In this document: piece after piece, positions 1-10,429 of the stretch | Layout: every line of letters begins with the position of its first letter | Position numbering within the stretch: the first letter of the stretch is position 1 | Source of the DNA: Chromera velia | Taxonomy: Eukaryota | Direction of reading: 5' to 3' | NCBI GenBank assembly: GCA_018398765.1 | Contig: JAHBMJ010000515.1 | Coordinates: 1 to 45,594 of the forward strand | DNA: 45,594 nucleotides | Translations under genes and position numbers: made by a program | The notes under the pieces: generated by a model | The model's input: the letters and a program-made list of their open reading frames with translations, nothing else | Database searches by the model: none | What the model was told of the DNA's origin: nothing

Positions 1-858
1 TTAACCACTAGGTTATGAACGTAAGCGATACACACCATTCTCTTTTGCTTAGCACTATTTTCGATTAAGTCAATTTATTTAATTCTCATTTTCTTTCTAG
101 TCACGCTTTGATAACGTATAGCAGCTGATTACATGCATTCCTTTCTTTTTTTTTTTTTTTTACAGGACAATCGGAGATGGGGTTGACATGACAGAAGGAG
201 AGGAGTGAGAAGTGAAAAAAGGGAGTAAAAGCTTAATGGACATTGGCTTTGTCAAGGGGTCAGCCACATTGGAATGGGAAGGGACGAACGAAAGGCGGAT
301 AGAAGCTTCATCCAGTGCATCACAGAGGGAAAGGGTGTGCAGGACGAGTGTGCAGGGTGATTTTTCGATGATGTAGAGCTGAAGTGACTCTATGACGGAT
401 TGGATGGCACGCTTGGTCGGATGGGGCATCTCACTGGAAACCAGCTTCAGCAAGTCATTGGAGTCTACCCCCACTTCAGCTGTGACTCCCGCTTTCCAGA
501 CGTACCTCAAGACAGGCAAGAGGCACTCTAAGAAATCAACGAGGTCATGAGCAGCGTAGAGTTCAGTTCGGGTAGAAGACCAGCCGACTCGCTTTTAGAA
601 AAATGCCCGCCAGTGCAGGATGGCAGACTTCAAAGTGAAGAGCTACCCAGACTGTAGATGTGCATTTCTGGCAGACCCCAATGCGGCATCGCTCCATGAC
701 TTAGTGGAGAGGGGGGATGATGTGGAAAAGACATCAGAGCGAGAGATACGGAGGATACGGGAGGTGGCGGTGTGTTGGGCATAACAGAGAAGAGAAAGGA
801 GATAATCAGCGTCGGCGTGAGTAGAAGCGGAGGAATGACGGCTTAGTTGATTGCACCC

Positions 859-2589
859 TTATGACAAGTCGGGGCGAGTGTCTTGTGTAATCCACGAAAG
901 ACATCCCAACCTTTCACAAAAGGCTTTTCCTTCCTGGGCTGTCAAGAGACGGGGCGGTTTGGAGGGAAGCTCGCGAGATGATGGGGGGAGGGGGAACAAA
1001 TCAGAAGGGGAAGTGGGGACGGAAGAGGGAACGGAAGCAGAAGAATTTGCAGAATCCCCCATACCCTCAGAGAGGGGGAAAGACAGGAGGTACTCGGTCT
1101 GGTGGATGTGCACGGAGTCCCGTGACACATTAAAATCTACCCCTGCCCAGCGGAGGGTTCCGTTCTTGGGTTTGGTGATCTTCATCTGGTAACCTCCTTT
1201 AGCTGCAATCTCGCGTGCTAGCTGAACTGCAGACCGACCAATGGGCAGGATGGCAAAGTCGTTAACAAACATGGGAAGGATACTAAGGAGGCGGGAAATG
1301 GGGGCCTCAGGCTTACTCGTCCATTTCCACCATATTTTTCGAACAGAGGAAGGCACCTACCCTGCTGCTGCGAGCGTCTTATTGCAAGAGCGGTCCCACA
1401 AATTTCCAGAGTCATGGAGCCCGTAAAGCACGTGGTTGAGGAGCCATAGGAATTTCCCATGGTCTGGGTAATCTTTTGGGGGATGGACATAAAGGGAACC
1501 GGAATGGAGAGCCGTGAGGTACGCTGTTTTCACATCGGCCACAACGATTTCACGGGGGTGAAAGTCGGAGTGAGCAAAGGCCATAGCAAGGGCAATGCAC
1601 ATGGCAGACTGGGAAGCGGTAGCACAGGACGTTGTGACTCCTTCATGGCAGTCGAAGGAAGGAGTGCCATCAGCAATGACTCGAGACTTGTACATCCAAG
1701 AACCTTCCTCAACATGCTTCTCGGTGTCAATAAAATGGGTGGGCATGGCAGAGCGGCGGTGCTCGGCATCTACTTCTGCGATTAGGACTCGCTTGTATGC
1801 ATCATTGTCAGCGAGTGACTGCAACTCTGCGGCATGGGACTTGGCTTGCCCGTCGAGTTGTTCTACTGTGAGCCTCCAGCGTGGGAGAAGAATGTGAGTT
1901 ATGGCAGCTTGGAATGCACTGGGCCCCACCTCAGTGTCCTCGTTCCACAAATATATAACAGACGCATCTGCAACAGTTACTGGAGTAGGAGGAGGGAAGA
2001 TGGCAGCCGCAGCTGCTGAGGGGGCAAGAGAATCGAAAGACAACCGATCAGTGAGGAACACTATTTCTGGGCTGGCAAGGAGAACACTTCGGTAAGTGTC
2101 ACAAAGGTGGGAGGGGAGAGTCTCCTCGGCAGAGAGGATAATATTTCGCTCAACAACCTCTTCTGGGACCAGAAAGCAAAGCTTAGGCCCACACCCAGAA
2201 GGTTTTTGCGCACCGCAAAAGTTTGGGGCGGCCCCTGAGAGGGCACTATGCAGGCTGCATGCGTCGGCTTGCAAGAGGCTGCTTGCCGTTTGATCCCCAT
2301 GTCTGAACCTCAACCCGTCCTTCACCTTCAGGGTCGACAGCACGGATGCTACCAAAGAAACAGCGGCCTGTGTTCTCATCCCGCTAAAGAATGAGCCCAT
2401 CTTTACCAAAATCAGTGATATCAAACTTAGGAGATGGCGGCTGGTCAGACGGACACTGTATGTCTGAAGACTGCTACGGTTGTTGCTGCTGCGCCTGGTG
2501 AGGAGACCCAACGGATATGTCCGGGCGCTCGGAAGGGGAGTCCGACGGCAACGGAACGACATAGACAGGGTCTGGGTGGGGGCTATCAT
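859..2589 (-). pseudogene. Copia-type reverse transcriptase, interrupted
   Basis: YKSRVIADG, IVVADVKTAYL, YVHPP, LYGLHDSGNLW and FVNDF are copia RT motifs, split across ORFs 1357-2589 and 859-1356 by an in-frame stop. Confidence 0.85.
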
Positions 2590-2929
2590 TGGAATGGATG
2601 CACCTGCGATACGACAGGATAGGTCCTAGGGATGGGCCGTCCAGAAGGAAGACGCAATCGGAATACATCATGGGAGGACTGGGTGGCTGGGCACCTTAGC
2701 GTCGCTCGAATGAGCTCTTGTGAGTGGACTCTCGAGGCTGACGATTGTATTTGGCTGTGGTAAGGGAAGCAAACTCCTTCCAATGCGAATCGTCAAGACC
2801 TCGATCTCTGAGAATGCCCTGCAAGATCGTGAGCCACTCACGATGGGAACGCTCTGTTTTGCCGAGAGAGTGGTGGCTGCCTACAGGGGTTAAGGGGTTT
2901 GTGGCTTCCCGCTCAGCTAACCACTCATA

Positions 2930-3520
2930 TCAATCACCTTGAAATTCAGGCCCGTGATTGGTCATCACCTCAGGAATGAGGTCACTCTCCAGACTGCGGG
3001 ACCAACAATTATAGGCGGCACGGATTGTGGCAGAATCTTTTGTTTCGACTACCTCTTGAGCGAGCCAGTGATCATGCTGGTCTTGGATATGCAATGAATA
3101 CCCCTTTTTCAACCCTATCACAAGGTCACAACATACTCGCTGCCCGGGGCGATCGACCTTCAAAGACCCCCGGGTGCCGTCTCCCCCATGCCTCAGCTTC
3201 ACATGCACATACGTACCCCCTCGGATGCATAAAAGCAGGGCGCGTTGAACGGCACGGTAGGAAATGCTGCTGCAACCGGGAAGAAGGTCAGAAAAGGACG
3301 CACGGAGGGAACGCCAAGTGGCCTCGATGCCTGCGTGTCCTAACCATTTGTGATGTGCGCGGATGAGTTCATCAACAGTGGTTTTGATGGAAATGGGGGG
3401 GGGGTCCTGTGAGAAAGAAGATTTTGGCTGCTGAGAAGGAGGCTGATCGGAGGCTGAAAAACTGTCACAAGATGATGAAACGGGGGGAGAGACAGCAGAT
3501 TCTCCCGAATGGGTTTTCAC
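2930..3520 (-). pseudogene. Retroelement integrase fragment (HHCC region plus first DDE motifs)
   Basis: LIRAHHKWLGHAGIEATWRSL, PGQRVCCDLV and VMTNHGPEF (equivalent to SDNGPEF). Confidence 0.8.
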
Positions 3521-6199
3521 AATATAAGACTGGATGCGATTTCCTCAGTGCTGCTTCTTCTGTTTGGCTGCTTTCAAACGAGCGGGGAGGTGCCCATTTG
3601 TGAGCACAACCAGAGAAAGAGACAACGGAGGGGACATAGGCGATGCAGGGTCCACTGCAACGGCCTCTAGAGACACAGAAGGGGAATTCAAAGCGGGTGG
3701 GGACTCAGGCGGGGAAGTCCCATCTATCTCCAGAGGCAGAAAAAATAGATCATTTGCTGCACGGGAAAAATTGATAACGGTGGAAAGGAGTTCCAAAGAT
3801 CCAGTTCGATAGTCAAATCGCGCGCCTAGTTTGATGAGACACTGATTGCTGATGAGTGGGAGGGTGACTGCTTCTATTTCTATGATGAACGGTTTCAACA
3901 CAGCAGGCTGCCCATTTAGTTTGCAAGGAATGGTGGCATGGCGCCGCATCCTCACTTTCGTTCGACAAGCAGTAACAACGGAAAGAGATGTCGGCAAATC
4001 AGTCTCAGTCCATTATAACCCTGACTCTTCAGCATGCTTATTCAGCCAGCCACAAGTCCACGTAGTACCACTTGCACCCAGATCAAACAAACACGTAAAA
4101 CCGTCAAAAGAGAAACCAGAAGAAACAGGAAGAGAAAGAGTTGACTGTGATAAATGCCCTACAGCGGCAGCTGTAGGGGAAGCCTCCGAATCTGTATCCG
4201 ATGCCTCTGACTCATTCGTTTCGCTAGTTAGGGCCCTTCCCTGCTGACGAGCACGCCCCTTCCCTAATCTTGTAGACTGTTTCCCCCTCTTTCCCTGCCC
4301 GCCCCCATTCCTACCGGACCCGCCCCCGCCTCCGCTGTAGCCGTAGGCCCTCCAGAGGGTAAAGTGGCCACAGGTGAGGTCACAGTCACCAGTCTTGTGT
4401 CCTCAGTGATCACAATCGCTGCAGTAGTGCTATTTTAAGTACTCTTCAGGACGGTGGGTCATATGCTCACAGTGAGGGCGCTTTTGAGACGGTCCACTCG
4501 TACGGGGCTGAGGATGGCCAGTGGAAGAGCGACCCGTTAGCTGCACGCTGTGCGTTTGTGCGGGAACGGACAGATTGGCAGGGAGACAGGAAAAATAAGA
4601 GGGCTGGGCAAAGTGGCGGAATTTGGCTACCGCACCATCATCTCCGTCGAAAGGCATATGGGGGGCTATGCTACTCTCGACATTCGCACGCACAGTGCTG
4701 TCGGAAATGCCGTTGATGAGGACTAGGGAAGCGAGCTACCTCTGATGGCGGGTGAGGGGGTCAAGGAGGGGAACGAGCTTCTTTTCCACCCTCCAAGTGC
4801 TGAGATCGTTTTTGTCCCCCGCCTCCGACTACACAGGGACAATCTCTTCCTGCAACGAGAGACGGGAAATTTCTCGGCAGGCTGCCTTTACTATCTCGAT
4901 GTACTTCTCAACATTGGGGGAGTTGGAAGTGGACAGAGTAAAAAGGAAGCGGAAGTTTGTGAATATCCGTTTGTGTTCAGTTTCCCCCGATGACTGCAAG
5001 ATGACATTCTTGCAGTCGACGACTGCAAAATAACATTCTTGCAGTGTTCAACATCATTAGACTCGGGGGGGGAGAGATCTGAAACAAGATTGTAGAGCTC
5101 AGGGTATTTTTACAAACCCTGGCGGAATGTTGCTGCATGGATGTCTGACGGCGCACTCGCAGGCTGCAATTTGCAGTGGTCTTCAAACACATTGACAATC
5201 GTGACTCTACCCCCGTGAGGGTCCTTGAAGGGGAGCTCACACTTCCATAGGGCGAATTTCCCCATGTCAATGGTGGGGGTGGGAGTCGGAGACGGAACAG
5301 AAGTGGACTGAGAAAGAAACAACTGCGCCAATTTGTTGATATTGGCGGTCAACAAGTCTAAGTCAGAGGGGCTGGGGCTTTGATCAGAAGGGCTTTTGGA
5401 GATAAAACGGCCATCGGCCCCTCGAAGTTGGTCTCCGTCCATCAGAGAGGGAATTTTTCAAAGCTACACTCTGATACAGACCAACAGACCCTGAGGAGAA
5501 AGAGGAAAGAACCAACTACTACCATGAAGCGAACTAGAATGGTCCAGTCAAGGACATCAGTCTAGTCACTTACACAGTTCTCTATACAGGAATAATAATG
5601 CAAGATGTTTGTCCGGCTTCTGCTCTCATCGATCAAGAGTTGTTCCATCGAATCATCCTGAGTGTTTCACTAAGCAACTTCACAATATGGATTGATGCAT
5701 GCATTTTCTCCATAATGTTTCAAGCCCTGCTGCACCGATAGGCAACGCAGCAGCACGGGACCGGCCAAGTCGGGCCAACCAATGCACGCCCGCCCCCTCT
5801 TTATAAGTAGCTGATTACATGATCTGGTCGCTGTGCCACATTGCCATGAACATAAAACTCAGAATCACGATAGGGGAAACAATATAATAACTAAACATCT
5901 AGCTAAACATATAATTAATGAACATTAAAATGTATAAGAACACTAATACTGGCCCACACATGGTGCTACATGGTGCATCTAAATAACTGATGAAGCAATA
6001 TCTACTAAATTGGTTGATTTGCACGTGTTACGTTTTTAAGAACTAAAGTGAGGACTGAACAATAGACTTGACTTATCGATCTTAACATATGTGGAGGAAT
6101 CTGTCCATGAGACCCTTTTGTTCCTTTCATACTGTTTTGTTTCATTTCAATCTTAATCAATCTTATTCTTTCCATGCATTGACTTGCATGCATGCATGC

Positions 6200-6659
6200 T
6201 GCTTTGTCCCTCCTGTCCGGCCACCTTATGGCGTCCAGACAGAAGGTAAAGCAAGGATAAGAACCTTAGGGAAGATCTAGAGAAGGAATGTGAGCAATAC
6301 TCATTCAGACAGCAGTTTATAGAAGGTTTAGCTCTAGAGCTATCTGGGATTCCAATCAGCTAGCTTCATTCTATCATTGCACAATCTCTACTTATACTCC
6401 TCTCTGTTCCTCTCTCTCAGAGTCTCAGACTCCCGATCTATGATAAACAGACATCAGACTCAAACGATGCTATCTGTTGCTTAAGTAACATATTGTATAC
6501 TTGAATGCGAAGGTCAGACTCGACTTCAACGACTTTGATCGACGCGCGCAACACGTACGAAGCAAAGCGCGGCGGCGGAATATGGCGCGGCACGCTGGCT
6601 CACTCAGTCACGGCATATGTGAAGGCTCAAAGGGCGATGCTACAGGGTAGGACTCTACA
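6200..6659 (-). repeat. 3' LTR of the non-autonomous element
   Basis: About 97% identical to 9399-9858 (15 substitutions counted by eye, no indels); TG..CA ends. Confidence 0.93.
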
Positions 6660-9377
6660 GATCCCCCCCGGCTACGGACAAGAAAATCGCGTCCTCGCGA
6701 TCAATCAGACACATTCGAGCATGCGCGGAAAGGAAAAAAAGGCGAGCAAAAGGACATGATCAACCATGCAGACACAATGCAAACCCATGCAACTAACAGA
6801 ATACCTTTAAGGAGGTAGTCAAAAATATCCAGATGCGAAAGCTGACAAGCAAAAAAGTTTCCTCCCATTGACGCAAGTCAATTGAATTTACGTGCGCAAA
6901 CATAAACAGACTTGCAATGAACAGCTTGCTTTCTTTCTCTCTTTCTCAGACCGGCCTCCTGAAAGGAAGCGGGCGATAGATAGAACAGCATGCCTGTAAG
7001 AGAACCCCTTCCAGTTCTTTTTTCTGAATGAAAGTAGACGGGCAGACAGAGGTACGAACAAAACGTGAAGAGACGGAGAAACCAGAGGACGGTAGCAAAA
7101 AGTCTCACGCACACATATGTTCACACCCAATGTCATATATTCACATCTCTTCTTCCTCTCTTTTCTATCTCACTTCCTTCCCGAAGACTGCATGCGCGTC
7201 TTTGCCTGTTGTCAACAACACCGTAGATCGACCGAACACACAAGAACAGACATCAACAAATGAACGGCACCCGGTCAGACCTATCGGAGAGAGACGCCTG
7301 GCGGCATACCATCTGGCTTCATGCAGATGCTTGCGCAGAGACGGCTGGCTCCACCAAGGCTCCCATCAACTCCCGTGCTGCGAGGGGGAGAGGCGATACC
7401 CAGAGACCCCAGAGGGCTTCCAAAGCACCGACATCCCCCTGTAGGGAGAAGATACAGAAGGGACAAAGAGACATGCACGGGCTATCCCTTCGCTTTTTCT
7501 TCTTTTCTCGTTGAACCAGATATCCCTTTCTGTTTCTCTCAAGATTCGTTCTTTCTTTGCTCCTCCTCTACTCATTTTTCCTCGGCCTCTTCCAGTCTCT
7601 TTCTCTCAAAAAAAGAAACCGGGGATAACACAAAACATTTTAAAGCAGCAGACGGAAACAAGAAGGAGACAGCGAATGAAGGCGCCCCCTCGTGCACTCG
7701 TGCTCTCAGCCACATGGAGGGTCTAACTCCGAAGCCATGCACAAAGAAGAGAAGCTGAGAGAGAAGAAAGGTCACTCTTTCAAAAGGAGCTCCAGAAGTT
7801 CCGAATATGCGGCATATGTGGCGCTCGGCTTGTTATTCTCACAGTCCGCCTCTTTGTCGCTCAGCCTTGCAATGCTCACTCCCCCCCCAAGTTCAGTGCA
7901 GGGGCGCAAGGGCGGTCACAGGCAGTCGCGGGCATGCGCAGGCATAAGCACATGGCGGCGACAATCAGGCAGTCCTCTGCCCTTTTCATACATAGCTGAT
8001 GTAGGGGTAGGCAATCGAGTTGGAGTTCTTGTCAACAGAAGGACTCGACGGTCTCGTCAAGCACAAACACACTCTGCACGTGTCAGTAGCTGCATAAAGG
8101 GAGGGAGGGAAAGGACCGGACACATTGCAGACTGCCCCACTGGTTTCTCTCTATCTCGTCTCTTCTTTCTGTCTCGTTTCATCCCCTTGCTGCCCCTTTC
8201 GATACATGAACTCTTAACTCTGGGTAAAAGGCCGGCAGCCCCACGCAAACGCTTCAGTCACACTCAGTCGTAAGTATTTCGCATACTCTCGGCCAACCTC
8301 GATTCGATTCGCCCCTCCACCTCGAAGAACCCCCTCTTCCCGCCCTTTCCCTTTCCCTTTGTCCCCCGCTTTCACCCCCTCTTCCCCCTTCCCCCCCCTT
8401 CTCCCTCCCCTTCCCTTCCCTGTTAGTGGAAAATGTGCCAGCGCCGGCGAGAGACGAGGCGGCAGCTGCCGTGTGCCCTACTCTGTCTCTCGGTAGGTCT
8501 GCCGCGACCCTTCTGCCTCTCTTGCCGTCGAAGGCAGGCTCGATGTCATTTTGTAGCCCTTTTTTACTTCCCCCTCCTTCCTACTCCAGGCTCGCCGCGT
8601 CGGGGTCCTAGAGCAGAAGGCCTTCCCCGGCTGGCACACCGGCCGTCACTGCGTTGGTCCATGTGGTATGCCGCCACCTGTCCCTTCTGTCTGTTTAACA
8701 TGCATGTACAGTCTCACGCACTCGATTGAACGGCCACTCATCGAACGATCCGTACGACACCTGGACAGCCAGAAGCGACAAGCTTTCTCTTTGAAGAAAA
8801 TGGCAGCATTGCAGGCACATGGAGAGACGAAGGGCGTCTTCTTGTATTTGAACGCTGCCGGAGGACCAGTCCAGGCAGACCCAGACACGCTGGAGGTGTT
8901 TGCAGGCCACGAAGGTGGTCAGCCTCGCGCAGACAAGCAAGCAACCAACAGCAAAGACAAGTGAAGGTGATCAGCCGACACTCCTCCGGAAGATGGAGAT
9001 AGTTGCAGAATCAAAAGACATAAAAAAAGCACTCTACTGGCCATTTGGATTGCGATCTGCTCGTAGGCGGCATTTTCAATGAAATCAGGCTCCTCGAAGT
9101 CCCGAGCAACACCAAGTAACGTCTCCACCATCGGCTTTGGCGACCTCCAAGGATCTTCGGGCTCTCCACCCAAGGACAAAGGCAAAGTCCAGAATCGGAC
9201 TCGAAGGGGATATCTAAAAGAGGGCTCCAGGCAGCTTGGGACGCAAGGGGACGCTGAATTCCCCTACTCATGGTCTTTGCCTGACCGTGCCCGTATCGTT
9301 GCAATCGGTTTCCAACTGTTGCGCAAAAGGACAGGTCTGATCTCCATCATAGAAGCTACACGAGAGTCGACACTCAT

Positions 9378-9395
9378 CGAGCTGAGCGTTCACCA
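9378..9395 (-). promoter_or_regulatory. Primer binding site (complementary to a tRNA ending ...GCGUUCACCA, possibly tRNA-Trp)
   Basis: Plus strand gagcgttcacca ends at 9395, 3 nt from the LTR edge. The tRNA identity is an inference. Confidence 0.65.
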
Positions 9396-9398
9396 CAA

Positions 9399-9858
9399 TG
9401 CTTTGTCCCTCTTGTCCAGCCACCTTATGGCGTCTAGACAGAAGGTAAAGCGAGGATAAGAACCTTAGGGAAGATTTAGAGAAGGAATGTGAGCAACACT
9501 CATTCAGACAGCAGTTTATAGAAGGTTTAGCTCTAGAGCTATCTGGGATTCCAATCAGCTAGCTTCATTCTATCATTACACAATCTCTACTTATACTCCT
9601 CTCTCTTCCTCTCTCTCAGAGTCTCAGACTCCCGATCTATGACAAACAGACATCAGACTCAAACGATGCTATCTGTTGCTTGAGTAACATATTGTATACT
9701 TGAATGCGAAGGTCAGACTCGACTTCAACGACTTTGATCGACGCGCGCAACACGTACAAAGCAAAGCGCGGCGGCGGAATATGGCGCGGCACGCTGGCTC
9801 ACTCAGTCACGGCATATGTGAAGGCTCAAAGGGTGGCGCTACAGGGTAGGACTCCACA
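9399..9858 (-). repeat. 5' LTR of the non-autonomous element
   Basis: Direct repeat of 6200-6659, adjacent to the PBS. Confidence 0.93.
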
Positions 9859-10429
9859 ATGCATAATTCTGTATTTCCGAATTAATTCTTTTTCCATCAA
9901 AATCTCAGGGCATGATACAGATGAGTGACACCATAGCGGACGGCCTGACGATAGACCTTTATGCTGGCCCGCGTTTTTTCGTGCACTAGCTTTACCGTTT
10001 GCATGGCTGCGCCCCTTCACCCGCTAGTTCGATTTGTGTGCATGGTGAACTAACTTCGGTGAAACTTCTTGATAAAGGTTTTTCTCTCTTAACAAAAGGT
10101 AGCCTTTGCCAAGGAAGAAACAGATTATCAAGGTTTCGTGCTACTTTTGATCTCCTCCTTTGGTTTTTCTATCGTGTCATTGAAGCTACAAGTGATAAGC
10201 TGCATATTTATAAAGTGATCAATAAGCTTGCTTCTAGAATCGACTAACAGGAAAAAGCAGAACCTTTGGACAAACTAGGCTAGATCCACCCTTCATATAT
10301 GGGGACGCGGCATGCAAAACAAAACCCTCGATCATTACTTTGGTGAAGCCTGCCGTAACACTGCTAGCAGTATGTAAAGACTACTTTAATTGTAGATTAC
10401 GCAGTAAAAGTTAGAAAATGGTTCTATAT

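Larger units (their letters stand above)
123..5819 (-). mobile_element. Degenerate Ty1/copia LTR retrotransposon (gag-PR-INT-RT-RNaseH; many stops and frameshifts)
   Basis: Minus-strand domain order is copia-type. Gag starts near 5442. CCHC knuckle CSDCDH*GHKTGDC lies at ~4385-4425, with a second decayed knuckle (PHCEHMTHRPEEY). Protease-like FTCLFDLGAS is at ~4080-4110. Integrase is at 2930-3520 (HHKWLGHAG, RVCCDLV, VMTNHGPEF). RT is at 859-2589 (ADVKTAYL, LYGLHDSGNLW, FVNDF for YVDD). RNase H is at 160-600 (VDSNDL, SNVADPLTK). Outer boundaries are uncertain. Confidence 0.9.
6200..9858 (-). mobile_element. Non-autonomous LTR retroelement (LARD/TRIM-like), 3659 bp
   Basis: 460-bp direct repeats at 6200-6659 and 9399-9858, both TG...CA. 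TSD ATGC at 6196-6199 and 9859-9862. Minus-strand PBS (TGGTGAACGCTCAG) begins 3 nt inside the right LTR. G7 PPT at 6663-6669 lies next to the left LTR. No pol motifs recognised inside. Confidence 0.92.

Noticed and set aside
6505..9928. Duplicated small ORFs MRRSDSTSTTLIDARN...
   Set aside because: Chance frames inside the two LTR copies.
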